Source: Candidatus Eiseniibacteriota bacterium (GTDB lineage: Bacteria; Joyebacterota; Joyebacteria; Joyebacterales; Joyebacteraceae). From it: a stretch of DNA of 64,000 nt. The notes below the pieces were generated by a model. The model had not been told where the DNA came from, did not search any database, and saw only the letters and a program-made list of their open reading frames with translations. Of this stretch, positions 8,173 through 18,020 are shown piece after piece (the first letter of the stretch is position 1; every line of letters starts with the position of its first letter). A program made the position numbers and the translations under genes. Location: NCBI GenBank assembly GCA_030609365.1, contig JAUWCJ010000001.1, positions 1,266-65,265 of the forward strand, read 5' to 3'.

Positions 8173-10467
8173 TCATTCACCCTCGGGGAGGTTCAGGGCG
8201 CGGAGCCGCCCGCGGGCCTCGTCTGATACGGGATTCGCAGCGAGTGCGGCCTCGTACGCCCGGACGGCGGCGGCCGTGTCCCCCCTGGCCTCGTGAAGAC
8301 GGCCCGTTGCCAGCAGAATCTCCTCATCAAAATTCAGCCGCGCTTCGTCGCCGGCCACGAGTTCCCTGGCCAGGTCGATGCTGCTCTGTGCCTCGTCCAG
8401 TCGCCCGAGCTCCGCGAGCGCTCGCGCGCGCCGGATGTGCCCGGTCGGGTCGGAGGGCTTCGCCTCTACGTAGACATCGATGTGCGTGATCGCCGTGGCG
8501 AAGCCGCCCGAGCGAAGATGGAACCCGGCGGCCTCGAACCTGGCGTCGATGTTGGTCGGGTCAAGCACGATGGCTCTGTCCATCGCCTCAAGGCCGTCCG
8601 CGAGACGCCCGTGCCGCACGAGGGCCAGGGCGTAAGCGTGCGCGAAGGAGGCGTTGCCCGGCTCAAGGGCGGCGGCGGCGCCGAACTCGTCTACCGCGGC
8701 GCCCCAGTCACCGGAAGCGGTCGCCTCCGCTCCCAGCGCGATGTGCATGCCCGCGAGCTCTGCCCGGTTCACCTTGGGTATCAGGTGGCGTCCGTCGATC
8801 GCCACGTGTATCGGCTCGGCATCGGTTCGGATCTCGAAAGACTGGTGCGACGACTCGATGACTATCGTCTCGTCGTATGCCCAGCCTCCGAGGTCTATGG
8901 TTATCGGGAGCGGAGTGTGGAACGGCTCGCCCTCCTGCCGGATGAGCCCGCGCACCAGGTAGGTGCCGTCTCCGACGGGCGTTGTTTCATACTCGATGGC
9001 ATACGACGGCAGGTCGCTTCTCGACACCCACTCGTAGAAGAACCAGTCGAGGTCGTGCCCGTACTCTTCCTCAAGCGCCTGCACAAATTCGTTGAGGCCT
9101 ACGGACTGTCCGCCGTGCCCAGAGGCGACCGACCTGAGCGCCGCGCAGTACGCGTCCTGTCCTACCACGGACTCAAGTATCTCGAAGACCGCAGAACCCT
9201 TGCCTCCGCAGATGCGACCGTCGGAAGACGCGCCGGGGCCAAGACAATCGAGCAGCGGAACGCCCCTGCCCGAATCTCGCACGGCCCTCATGTACTGCGC
9301 CCGTCTCAGTCCTCTCAGTCGCTCCGCACCGTCCTCGTCACCAGTGGCGTCAAGCCACGCCGCTTCCGCCTGAGTCGCCAGACCTGCGGACACGAACTGA
9401 CCGGGGTCTATCCAGAAGCTCCACCAGCTGTGCGACACCCCCGACACGACCTTGCTCAGCGGCATGTCCAGCGGAGAGCCCGGCTGCCCGCCGCTCTGGA
9501 CAACGACCAGGCCGGGGCCGATCACAACGGCCGTGGGCCGGCCCGGATCTGCCGGCAGCCGGACAACGTTGAGCCACTCGTACGGATATGCGCCGAAGCA
9601 CGTTTCGAGAAAGCGGAGGAGTTCGATCAGCTCAGACGGCACCGAAGACGGGGGCCTCTGCCATCCGTCAGCGCCCGTTCCCGCCGCGCCATCGACGGAG
9701 AGCGTGTGGCTCCCGAAGAACACGTCTCCCACTACCGTCAGTGAGCTCTCGAGCCTGCCAACGACGACACCGGCGCGTGTGACGGGCGTTGGCACATCCC
9801 ATACATCACCGTCGGTGCAGGTCTCAGCTCCGGCGAGCGACGGAGCCATGCCGGCTAAGGTGCCGCTGACCACGCTGGAGTAGCCGGAAGGATATCGAAC
9901 CTCCACACGAAGCCGGGACGGATCTCGCGCATTCGATACAGGGTACCAGTGAAAATCTGGACCGAGCACGACGACGTCGTCGCTCACCAGGGCGCCATCG
10001 GCCGGCGCGAGCTGCCCTTCGTAGGTCAGCTTCATCTCGCGCGGGAAGGTCGGTGCGCTCGCGGGAGCGAATACTTCGAGGACGTCCCCCACCCGCGTGT
10101 GCAGCAGCGTGTCACCGCGGGCATCGTGGACGGTCAGCACGCGGAGGCCCTCGTCGAGCAACAGCAGGACGTGGTCGCGCGGCGACTCTATCCAGAGCCG
10201 GCTCTCCCCCGAGAGCCACCGGGCCTGCGGATCGATGCAGACTGAGATCTCCTGTCTGATGATGTCTTGCTCTTGCAGAGCCCGCTGTGTCGCGTCGAGC
10301 CGCGCCTGGTCGACGGCGAACAGTGTCTGGACAGCCCTAGACACGTGTGCCCTGGCGGCGTCATCCGTGTCGGCGGCCAGCGCGGCGCCGGAGGGCGTAA
10401 GCGGCGCGCAGAGGGCCGCGGCCAGGACGGCGACTAAGCAGATGGCGTATCGGTGTACCCTGTGCAC
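8173..10467 (-). CDS. Secreted protein with C-terminal TPR repeats (N-terminal domain unassigned)
   Basis: The longest ORF reaches 10587 but would overlap the divergent nifU gene. The GTG at 10467 yields a good signal peptide (HRVHRYAICLVAVLAAALCAPLTPSGAALA). The C-terminal ~230 aa are TPR-like helical repeats. No HExxH motif is present, so M1 peptidase was not assigned. Confidence 0.5.
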   Translation of the reverse strand: MHRVHRYAICLVAVLAAALCAPLTPSGAALAADTDDAARAHVSRAVQTLFAVDQARLDATQRALQEQDIIRQEISVCIDPQARWLSGESRLWIESPRDHVLLLLDEGLRVLTVHDARGDTLLHTRVGDVLEVFAPASAPTFPREMKLTYEGQLAPADGALVSDDVVVLGPDFHWYPVSNARDPSRLRVEVRYPSGYSSVVSGTLAGMAPSLAGAETCTDGDVWDVPTPVTRAGVVVGRLESSLTVVGDVFFGSHTLSVDGAAGTGADGWQRPPSSVPSELIELLRFLETCFGAYPYEWLNVVRLPADPGRPTAVVIGPGLVVVQSGGQPGSPLDMPLSKVVSGVSHSWWSFWIDPGQFVSAGLATQAEAAWLDATGDEDGAERLRGLRRAQYMRAVRDSGRGVPLLDCLGPGASSDGRICGGKGSAVFEILESVVGQDAYCAALRSVASGHGGQSVGLNEFVQALEEEYGHDLDWFFYEWVSRSDLPSYAIEYETTPVGDGTYLVRGLIRQEGEPFHTPLPITIDLGGWAYDETIVIESSHQSFEIRTDAEPIHVAIDGRHLIPKVNRAELAGMHIALGAEATASGDWGAAVDEFGAAAALEPGNASFAHAYALALVRHGRLADGLEAMDRAIVLDPTNIDARFEAAGFHLRSGGFATAITHIDVYVEAKPSDPTGHIRRARALAELGRLDEAQSSIDLARELVAGDEARLNFDEEILLATGRLHEARGDTAAAVRAYEAALAANPVSDEARGRLRALNLPEGE

Positions 10468-10510
10468 ATGAATCTCCGTGTCTGGGCGGAGCTGCGTATA
10501 CCACCTTCTC

Positions 10511-10539
10511 TTGACCCGAAGCGCCCGGAATACTATCAT
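10511..10539 (+). promoter_or_regulatory. Sigma-70-like promoter for nifU (TTGACC-17-TATCAT)
   Basis: -35 TTGACC at 10511-10516, a 17-nt spacer, and -10 TATCAT at 10534-10539. It lies 35 nt upstream of the ATG, with AAAGGGAG as RBS. Confidence 0.45.
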
Positions 10540-10574
10540 ATTTGAATAGTCGAACGGAAAGGGAGTAGTTAGAG

Positions 10575-10982
10575 ATGGCACCAGCATACAGTGAGAAGGT
10601 CCTGGACCACTTCAGAAACCCGCGGAACGTGGGCGAGCTGGAGAACCCGGACGGCGTCGGGGTCGAGGGTAACCCCGTGTGTGGCGACCTCATGGAGATA
10701 CAGATTCACGTCGAGGACGACCGCATCACCGACATCAGATTCAAGACGTTCGGATGCGGCTCTGCTATCGCCACCAGCAGCATGGTCACAGAACTTGCCA
10801 AGGGCAAGACCCTCGACGAGGCCCTCGAGATCACGCGGCAGACCGTCGCGGACGAGCTGGACGGCCTTCCGGAGCAGAAAATGCATTGTTCGAACCTCGC
10901 GGCCGACGCGCTTCACAAGGCCATCGAGGACTACCGGAGGAAGCAGGCCCCGAAGCAATCCGGGGGCTCGTCCGACGCCTAG
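10575..10982 (+). CDS. nifU: Fe-S cluster assembly scaffold protein, NifU/IscU N-terminal-domain type
   Basis: Conserved Cys ligands in ..NPVCGDLM.., ..FKTFGCGSAIATSS.. and ..MHCSNLAADAL... The 135-aa size is typical. Confidence 0.85.
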   Translation: MAPAYSEKVLDHFRNPRNVGELENPDGVGVEGNPVCGDLMEIQIHVEDDRITDIRFKTFGCGSAIATSSMVTELAKGKTLDEALEITRQTVADELDGLPEQKMHCSNLAADALHKAIEDYRRKQAPKQSGGSSDA

Positions 10983-11040
10983 GCGCAGGTCTCGGACACC
11001 CAGGCACGGCCTCGATAGCGAATAGTATCTGTAGGGTTCG

Positions 11041-11068
11041 CGCGGCTCCCATAGATGGGGGCCGCGCA
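11041..11068 (+). terminator. Candidate terminator hairpin downstream of nifU
   Basis: GCGCGGCTCCCAT-AG-ATGGGGGCCGCGC forms a near-perfect 11-13 bp stem. The downstream T-run is weak (ggtttcc). Confidence 0.35.
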
Positions 11069-11166
11069 TTGCGTACCGGTTTCCTGTTGACAGAGAGAGT
11101 GGTCCTGTCGTAGTCGGTGTTCACAGGTGATTATTCCGCACGCGCGCCACAATCAAGGAGGGCAGG

Positions 11167-11493
11167 ATGCAGGACGCACCCCAAGTGACTCCGCAGGGCG
11201 AAGTGCAGCCAGCTCCCACGACTTCACCGATGAAGCCGCATCGTGGAGGGGCGATTCTCGCACTCGGCATCATCGGGATCGTGGTCTGCTTCATCACGGG
11301 CATCATCGCCTGGGTGATGGGCTCGAGCGACCTCAAGGAGATGGACGCCGGGATCAGGGACAAGAGCGGCTACTCGCTGACGAAGGCCGGGATGATCTGC
11401 GGGATCATCGGTGTGATCCTGTCGGTCCTCTCTATCTTCTGGGTGGTATTCGTCGTCGGTCTGTCCAGCGTGCTCGGAGCCGTGGGCGCCTAG
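11167..11493 (+). CDS. DUF4190-like small membrane protein
   Basis: Two hydrophobic helices with Gly-rich GIIGIVVCFITGIIAWVMG / GMICGIIGVILSVLSIF and a Pro/Thr-rich N-terminus. Confidence 0.5.
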   Translation: MQDAPQVTPQGEVQPAPTTSPMKPHRGGAILALGIIGIVVCFITGIIAWVMGSSDLKEMDAGIRDKSGYSLTKAGMICGIIGVILSVLSIFWVVFVVGLSSVLGAVGA

Positions 11494-11503
11494 GCGCGGA
11501 GCA

Positions 11504-11923
11504 TTGAGACTGACGTTCATCAGAGGACAGCCCGCGTTCCCGGTGCCGCGCGCGGCGCTCCTGACGGGAGCCTTGCTGCTCGGACTCGGCATCGTAGCGG
11601 CCGCGCTGCCCGGAATAGAAGATGGCCCCGTCGTCTGCCCATTCAGGGCGGTGACGGGGCTTCCCTGTCCCACGTGCGGCCTGACAAGGGTCGCTCACTC
11701 GCTCATGCGCCGCGACCTCGGCGGAGCGCTCGCCATCAATCCGTTCGACACGCTCTTCTTTCTCGTCGCGGTGCCGCTCTTCACCGGGCTGTGGGTGGCG
11801 AATCTGGCGGGCGGGTTCGCCGTCCGGATCTCGATGTCACGGGCGGAACGGCGGGTCGCCTGGGCGCTTCTCGTGGCCGCGGCGCTCGCCAACTGGGCCT
11901 ACGTTCTCATGACCCACCGCTAG
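11504..11923 (+). CDS. DUF2752-like membrane protein
   Basis: Motif CPFRAVTGLPCPTCGLTR (CPxxxxTGxxCPxCGxTR) followed by TM segments. The start codon is 10 nt after the DUF4190 gene. Confidence 0.5.
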   Translation: MRLTFIRGQPAFPVPRAALLTGALLLGLGIVAAALPGIEDGPVVCPFRAVTGLPCPTCGLTRVAHSLMRRDLGGALAINPFDTLFFLVAVPLFTGLWVANLAGGFAVRISMSRAERRVAWALLVAAALANWAYVLMTHR

Positions 11924-11933
11924 GGCGCCGTCG

Positions 11934-14282
11934 CTAGGGCGTCTTTCCACCGTAGAGCTCGCGATAGACCTCCGAGTACAGAAACACGCGCCTGACGTAG
12001 TCGATGGTCTGCGAGTACCCGATGTCCTCGACGAACACGTCGCTGTCGCGCTCACCCCCGTACCCCCACCACCGCTCGGACGCGTCGGGTCCACCATTGT
12101 AGGCCGCCAGCGCCCTCACGACGTCACCGTCGAACTGGTCGAGCTGCACGGAGAGATACTCCGTCCCGAAGCGGATGTTGGTCTCAGGGTCAAGCAGATG
12201 GGCGGTCCTGAACCCGCGGTGTCCGAGCCTTCTCGCGACCCATCTGCCCGTGGTGGGCATGATCTGCGAGAGTCCGCGGGCGCCGACCCACGAGACGGCG
12301 TCGGGCTCGAACAGGCTTTCCTGTCTTATGAGCGAGTACTCAATATGGGGATCGATGCCCCTCTCGGCGCACTCGCGCTCGATGATGTCCCCGAAGTGCG
12401 TCGGACAGATGCGCTTCCGCAGGTAGACCGGCGCGTCGCTCAACTCCTCGGCCGGGGACATGGCCAGGATCCTCTCCGCAAGCAGGATCGCGCGCTTATG
12501 CAGGCCGACACGCTCACAGTAATCGACGAGGATATCAAGAGAGCGCGGGTCTCTGCCGACCACATCCATGAGATGGGTCAGTTCGGTCAGGGCCGCGCTT
12601 CGCATGTGAAGGGCCTGAAGCGCGTCGGCCCGTCTGAAGGCCGGCTCACTGTAGATGCTCTGTCTGAGCGCCACCCTGCCCACGGGGAAGTAGACCTCAT
12701 CGTACCACTCCGCCAGCCATGCGGCGAAGTCAAGTGCCTCGCCTCCCCACATCGCCGGGCGCGCATGGCGGTAGGTCGCTTCTGCGCGCGCGGGTCTGCG
12801 GCTCGCCGCCCTCCCGCCGTGCGACAGCTCTCCGTGCCCGAGTTCTCGGAGACGCGCGCGCGCGCGTGCCCCATAGTAGGAATCTCTCGCTGCCTCCACC
12901 GCTTCGACGTAGGTCGAGACGGCATCGTCCGCCCCGGAGAGACGCTCTCTGCACTTGCCCGACCAGAAGAGAGCGCGAGCCTCATTCTCACCTGATCCCG
13001 AGGCGAAGATGTCCGCGAACACGACCGCCGCCCCAGAGTAGTCCTTCTGCTTGTAGAGGCACAGACCCGCCCGGAAGAGCGCGTCGCCGGCCCGCGCAGA
13101 CGTTGAGTAGGCACCGACGATACGTCGAAACTCGTCGCCTGCCTCCTCCCATCTCCCCTTCTCTTCAAGGAGCCTGGCCTTCTCCCAGAGCAACTCAGGG
13201 GCGGCCTCTCTGAGGGGGTTCTCCACGGCGAATCGCTCGTAGGTGGCCAGACTCTCCTCCAGCTTGCCGCTCGCGCGGAGGCAGTAGGCGAGCTTCGACC
13301 ACGCCAGGTCGTAATACTCGGCATCGGGTCCGAACTCCGTCGCGTCCTCGTATTCCCTGGCCGCCGTTCTGAAGTTGCCGAGGCGCTGATGGCTTCGTCC
13401 CAGGAAGTAGCTCGCTTCGTGCTCGAACTCCTTCCGCTCGTCGTGGCGGATGTAGTAGGTGAAGAACTCGGCGGAGTCGTTGTAGAGCTTGCGGTTGTAG
13501 AGAACCAGCCCCTGATGGTACCTGTCGGTGAACGCCCGCGAGATCTTGCGCCCTCTCTTGAGCGCGTCGTGGGAGTGTCGAGACCTGGGGAAATCTTCGA
13601 CCGCGGTCGCGTAGCTTCGACTGGCCGCGTCCTCGTCGCCTCTCTTCTCGTAGGCGCGGGCCATCCTGTAGTGCGCAAGTGCGCGCTCGTCGTAGCTTTC
13701 CGCCGCAGCGAGAAAGAGCCGATACCACTGCAGCGCCATATCGTAGTCGTCTGCCTCTTCGTAGAGCCCCGCGAGCTTGAGGATGGCAGGCGCGTCGAAC
13801 GCGGTGTCTACACCATCGTCGATGACGGTGCGAAGCTCCTCCATCGCGAGATCGGGCTGGTCCATTCCAGCGTGACACGCCGCCAGGCGGAGTCGGACGA
13901 GGTCCTCGACCTCACTGAGCTCCGTCAGTGAGAGGGAGTAACCGACGAGCGCGGGCTCCCACTCCTCCAGATACTCGTGCGACCGTGCCATCAGGAAGAG
14001 GCTCCGGGCAGCGAGATCAACGAAGTACGCCGCCGGCGAAGCGCCGGCGTTTGACTCTATGGCATCTATCGTCAGTGCGTAGAGGTCGGCCGCGTCGCCA
14101 TAGTTCCCATGGCTGAAGCGCACATCCGCCTCAGAGAACAGCGAGTCCGCGCGGGCGCGCCAGGACGCGTGCGCCGGCACGCCGGATAGCAGAGCCACGA
14201 GCACAAGGACGGCGACCGCGCAGATGGTCGATGGCGAGGAGCGGGCTCTCGTCGTGACGATGGGTCGAAGGCGTCTTCTCAT
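11934..14282 (-). CDS. slt: Soluble lytic murein transglycosylase (Slt70-like, TPR-rich N-domain + SLT catalytic domain)
   Basis: C-terminal SLT motifs ESLFEPDAVSWVGARGLSQIMP (catalytic Glu) and AYNGGP. There is an N-terminal signal peptide and a long superhelical TPR-like region. Confidence 0.8.
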   Translation of the reverse strand: MRRRLRPIVTTRARSSPSTICAVAVLVLVALLSGVPAHASWRARADSLFSEADVRFSHGNYGDAADLYALTIDAIESNAGASPAAYFVDLAARSLFLMARSHEYLEEWEPALVGYSLSLTELSEVEDLVRLRLAACHAGMDQPDLAMEELRTVIDDGVDTAFDAPAILKLAGLYEEADDYDMALQWYRLFLAAAESYDERALAHYRMARAYEKRGDEDAASRSYATAVEDFPRSRHSHDALKRGRKISRAFTDRYHQGLVLYNRKLYNDSAEFFTYYIRHDERKEFEHEASYFLGRSHQRLGNFRTAAREYEDATEFGPDAEYYDLAWSKLAYCLRASGKLEESLATYERFAVENPLREAAPELLWEKARLLEEKGRWEEAGDEFRRIVGAYSTSARAGDALFRAGLCLYKQKDYSGAAVVFADIFASGSGENEARALFWSGKCRERLSGADDAVSTYVEAVEAARDSYYGARARARLRELGHGELSHGGRAASRRPARAEATYRHARPAMWGGEALDFAAWLAEWYDEVYFPVGRVALRQSIYSEPAFRRADALQALHMRSAALTELTHLMDVVGRDPRSLDILVDYCERVGLHKRAILLAERILAMSPAEELSDAPVYLRKRICPTHFGDIIERECAERGIDPHIEYSLIRQESLFEPDAVSWVGARGLSQIMPTTGRWVARRLGHRGFRTAHLLDPETNIRFGTEYLSVQLDQFDGDVVRALAAYNGGPDASERWWGYGGERDSDVFVEDIGYSQTIDYVRRVFLYSEVYRELYGGKTP

Positions 14283-14289
14283 GTCGTTC

Positions 14290-16065
14290 CTAAGGCTCCT
14301 CGTGATGTCGGCTGTCGTCCAGACCCAGAAGAGCTGCGACGTCGCCCGCGGTACTGGCGGCGACGGCTTCGTTCGCCAGTGAGACGGCGGTGTCCAGATC
14401 GACGTCCCTGATCGCCTTCTTCGTCGCGGGCAGTCGGCCGTTGGAGACGCTGAACTCCCGCAGCCCGAGACCGATCAGAAGCGGAACGTAGGCGGGCGTG
14501 CCGGCCATCTCCCCGCACAGGGAGATGGGCTTCCCCGCCGAGGCGGCGCCTTCGACGGATCGCGCAATGAGGGCGAGCACAGAGGGGTCGTGTGGCCTGT
14601 AGAGACGGCTCACGTACGAGCTGCCGCGATCGACGGCGAGCGTATACTGCACGAGATCGTTCGTCCCTATGCTCAGGAAGTCACACTCCGCGGCGAGGCG
14701 GTCGGCAACCATCGCCGCCGACGGTATCTCTATCATTGCGCCGGCCTCGATGTTCTCGTCGAAAGCGACGCCTTCACTCCTGAGCTGGCCCTTCGCCTCG
14801 TCCAGCCTCCCGAGCGCCTGACGCAGCTCGTCCACCGAGGAGATCATGGGCACCAGAATACGAACGGCTCCATGGGCGCTCGCGCGGAGGATCGCCCTGA
14901 ACTGAGCCAGCAGGAGGTCCGGGCGATCGAGAAGCACGCGCGTCGAACGGTAGCCGAGGTTGGGGTTGTGCTCGCGAAACGGGTTCTCGGAACCGACGAA
15001 CTTGTCGCCTCCGACGTCCAGCGTTCTGATGGTGACCGGCTTGCCGGCCATGGGCTCGACCGCTTCTCGGTACGCCGCGAACTGTGCGTCCTCGTCCAGG
15101 AACAGATTCGCCGACATGAATATCATCTCACTGCGAAGAAGCCCGATGCCGTCGGCGCCCAGCTCCGCGGCCTGCCTGGCTTCATCGCCCGACGCGATGT
15201 TGCTCATGAGCGCTATCTCTGTCCCATCGCGCGTGACCGACGGAAGCTCCAGGACCGAAGCCAGCTCGTGGCGCTCCCGGATCTCCTCCTCGCGCATGCT
15301 CTCGTAGCGCGCCCGGGTGTCGGTGGACGGATCGACGATGGCCACGCCCAGGGCGCCGTCCAGTGCGATGAGCTCTCCCGTGCGGACCCTCTCGAGGATT
15401 CCTGCGACCCCGGCCATCGCAGGGACGCCGAGCGAGCGAGCCAGGATCGCCGCGTGCGACTCCGTGCCCCCGAGCTCGGTGACGAACCCCAGTATCCGTC
15501 CTCGGTCCATCGAGGCGGTGTCGCTCGCCCTGAGTTCCCTCGCGACCAAGATCATGGGCTGCGACAGCGGGCAGTGCGCCCAGACTCCGAGCATCCGCTC
15601 GATGACACGCTGTCCGATGTCGCTGACGTCGTAGGCCCGGTCGCGCAGATAGCGGTCATCCGCGGACGAGAGGACCGCCGTCACGCGCTTCATCTCCTCG
15701 GCGACGGCCGCCTCGGCGTTGACGTGGCTGTTTCTGATGATGTCGAGAATCGCCTCGAGTATCGACGGGTCCTCGAGGATCATCGAGTGCGCCAGGAATA
15801 CGTCACCTTCGCCCTGACCCAGTTGCTTAGACACGTGCCTGGCGTCGCGAAGGAGCTCCGTCTTAACCAGCGCGACGGCGTCGCGAAGCCGCGCGATCTC
15901 GCCGTCTACCTCGGAAGCGTCGATCGTGCGCACCTCGACCTCGTCCAGGATGTCACCGTAGACGAATGCCGGGGCCATCGCGATGCCGGGTGAGACCGGT
16001 GTGCCGTGCAGAACGACACGGTCCTCGGTGTCAGGCGTTTCACTGCCGCGTGAGTTCACTGACAT
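14290..16065 (-). CDS. ptsI: Phosphoenolpyruvate--protein phosphotransferase (PTS enzyme I)
   Basis: PEP-utilizing enzyme phospho-His region (..GGTESHAAILARSLGVPAMAG..) and a C-terminal PEP-binding TIM-barrel with ISLCGEMAG. No HPr or EII genes are present in the window. Confidence 0.85.
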   Translation of the reverse strand: MSVNSRGSETPDTEDRVVLHGTPVSPGIAMAPAFVYGDILDEVEVRTIDASEVDGEIARLRDAVALVKTELLRDARHVSKQLGQGEGDVFLAHSMILEDPSILEAILDIIRNSHVNAEAAVAEEMKRVTAVLSSADDRYLRDRAYDVSDIGQRVIERMLGVWAHCPLSQPMILVARELRASDTASMDRGRILGFVTELGGTESHAAILARSLGVPAMAGVAGILERVRTGELIALDGALGVAIVDPSTDTRARYESMREEEIRERHELASVLELPSVTRDGTEIALMSNIASGDEARQAAELGADGIGLLRSEMIFMSANLFLDEDAQFAAYREAVEPMAGKPVTIRTLDVGGDKFVGSENPFREHNPNLGYRSTRVLLDRPDLLLAQFRAILRASAHGAVRILVPMISSVDELRQALGRLDEAKGQLRSEGVAFDENIEAGAMIEIPSAAMVADRLAAECDFLSIGTNDLVQYTLAVDRGSSYVSRLYRPHDPSVLALIARSVEGAASAGKPISLCGEMAGTPAYVPLLIGLGLREFSVSNGRLPATKKAIRDVDLDTAVSLANEAVAASTAGDVAALLGLDDSRHHEEP

Positions 16066-16110
16066 TGCCTCTTCCTCAGATCGTCGCGTGACGACGAGCC
16101 TATGGACGCC

Positions 16111-17490
16111 CTAAGACCGGACCTTCTTCAACGCCTGGAGGGCCGCCATCGCGACCGGGTCCCAAACGGGTGAGAAGGGCGGAGCATAGCTCATGTCGAT
16201 GTCCGCGAGGTCTCTGACCGTCATCTTCGCGTGGAGCGCCGCAGCGATCGTGTCGATCCGCTTCCCCGCTCCTTCTCTTCCGATGATCTGACCGCCGAGC
16301 AGTCGCCCGCCATCGGGCTCGAAGACCAGTTTGACGTGAACCGCCCCGGCGCCCGGATATGCGTGCGCCTTCGAGAGGGACCTGATCCGGATGGAAGTCG
16401 CCGCCAGCCCCTCTTTGGATGCCGCGCGTTCAGTCAGACCCGTCTGCGCAGCCTCGAGATCGAACACCTTCGCGATGTTCGTCCCTGCGACGCCCCCGAA
16501 CCGGGCGCTGCCCCCGACCGCGTTCTCGCCGGCGAGCTTGCCCTGCTTGTTCGCAGTGGTGCCCAGCGGGATCCACACCGGCCGGCCCGTAACCACGTGA
16601 TTCGCCTCGGAGCAGTCCCCGGCGGCAAGAACGGAAGGCTCGCTCGTCACTTGGCGCGCATCCACCTTGATGGCCCCAGTGGCGCCCAGCTCCACGCCGG
16701 CCGCTGTGGCCAGCCCCACGGCGGGGCGGACGCCGACGGACACCAGCGCGAGGTCGGCCTCGAGCCTCTGCCCTCCTGCCAGCACATAGCCCAGCCCTGA
16801 GGAGCCGTCTCGCGGCTCGAACCCCTCGACGCTCGTCTCCTTCCGCACGCTCACTCCCTTGGCAAGAAGCTCGCGCTCCACCAGCTCGCTCATGTCGGGA
16901 TCGAACGTCGGCAGAACCGTCGGAAGCAGCTCGATGACGGTGACCGTGATGCCCCGTGACGCGAGCGCCTCGGCCATCTCAAGACCGATGTAGCCCGCTC
17001 CCACGATCGTCGCTTTCTTGATGCCGCCCGATTCCACCCGCTCGCGCAGACGCTCTCCGTCCGCCAGCGTACGAAGCGTGGCCACTCCGGGGATGTCGAT
17101 CCCGGGGAGCGGCGGCTTCACGGCCACGGCGCCGGTCCCGAGCACCAGGGCATCGAACGAGAGACTGGCGTCCCCCCCGTCGGGTCCCTGGAACGTCACT
17201 GTCCGGCCGACCGGGTCCAGAGCCGCCACGGGGGTATTGAGCCGGATGTCCATGTGCCGCTCGTTCCGGAAGAAGTCCGCTTCGTACTGGACCAATTCCT
17301 CCCTGCTCGGGATCAGACCGGACACGAAGTACGGGAGGAGGCACGCGCTGTACGACACGTCTCCGCCCTTTTCGAACACGACGATCTCGACGTCCGGTCG
17401 GAGACGTCTCGCACGGCTCGCAGCGCTCATACCGGCCGCGACGCCTCCAACCACGACCAGTCGTCCTCCCTCTCGCATCGCGGGTGGCAT
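16111..17490 (-). CDS. FAD-dependent pyridine nucleotide-disulfide oxidoreductase (CoA-disulfide reductase / NADH oxidase family)
   Basis: N-terminal FAD fold VVVGGVAAGMSAASRARRL, a single redox Cys in SYSACLLPYF (the CoADR/Nox SxxxC(G)LPY signature), a second GxGxxG (IVGAGYIGLE), and a C-terminal dimerisation domain. Confidence 0.8.
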   Translation of the reverse strand: MPPAMREGGRLVVVGGVAAGMSAASRARRLRPDVEIVVFEKGGDVSYSACLLPYFVSGLIPSREELVQYEADFFRNERHMDIRLNTPVAALDPVGRTVTFQGPDGGDASLSFDALVLGTGAVAVKPPLPGIDIPGVATLRTLADGERLRERVESGGIKKATIVGAGYIGLEMAEALASRGITVTVIELLPTVLPTFDPDMSELVERELLAKGVSVRKETSVEGFEPRDGSSGLGYVLAGGQRLEADLALVSVGVRPAVGLATAAGVELGATGAIKVDARQVTSEPSVLAAGDCSEANHVVTGRPVWIPLGTTANKQGKLAGENAVGGSARFGGVAGTNIAKVFDLEAAQTGLTERAASKEGLAATSIRIRSLSKAHAYPGAGAVHVKLVFEPDGGRLLGGQIIGREGAGKRIDTIAAALHAKMTVRDLADIDMSYAPPFSPVWDPVAMAALQALKKVRS

Positions 17491-17648
17491 GCGGTCCCTG
17501 CCTTTCTGTGGTTCTGCTGACGTTCGATGCCGCCGCGGCGGACTTCACTACGTTCAAACGAGTAGCACATCGGGCCCCCGTCTGCAATACCGGCGGCTGC
17601 TGGGCCTAAGCGCAACGATGTGAGTTGTGATTCCGCAGCAAGCTGAAG

Positions 17649-17897
17649 CTACTCGTCGCACTCCTGGCACGCCTTGATCGCGGCGCGCAGACGCTCGTGG
17701 ACGTCCTTGGGAAGGACCTTCCCGCAGGTCTGTCTGTGCAGGATGATCGTGCGCTCGAACGTGTGGACGAGCGCCTGTGCCTTCTCGCAGTGCTCGATGT
17801 GCAGCATGAACTCGACCTCGAGTTCGGCATCAAGCTCACCGTCGAAGTGTTCCGAGAGGCACTGAACGAACTTCTTGCAGTCGTCTACGTGTGACAC
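17649..17897 (-). CDS. Small cytoplasmic Cys/His-rich anti-sigma factor (zf-HC2/RsrA-like, divergent)
   Basis: The 82-aa protein has no TM segment. It carries C7, C13, the FDGELD motif (as in YLDGEL), HIEHC and a C-terminal CQEC. It resembles ZAS anti-sigma factors, but the second Cys of H-x3-C-x2-C is Ala. Confidence 0.5.
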   Translation of the reverse strand: MSHVDDCKKFVQCLSEHFDGELDAELEVEFMLHIEHCEKAQALVHTFERTIILHRQTCGKVLPKDVHERLRAAIKACQECDE

Positions 17898-18020
17898 CGG
17901 CCTGCGGTCCTTTCGCTCGACTGCCCGTCGCCGTCGCCGACCGGCCCTGATGACCGGCCGGCAACAGCGTGGATATCCCTGTGGAGCTTACTGCGAATCT
18001 CTCTTGTGAGAGGACCCGGA

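Noticed and set aside
8173-10587. M1 aminopeptidase-like assignment for the 804-aa secreted TPR protein
   Set aside because: No HExxH-x18-E or GxMEN motif anywhere in the translation. The only recognisable element is the C-terminal TPR array, so the N-domain is left unassigned. The ORF start at 10587 would also overlap the divergent nifU, so an internal GTG start is preferred.
17898-18020. SigR-type GGAAT-N18-GTT promoter upstream of the small anti-sigma gene
   Set aside because: Only an approximate GGGAT-N19-GGT could be found on the minus strand, with direct repeats of GACCGGCC nearby. It is not close enough to any ECF consensus to annotate.
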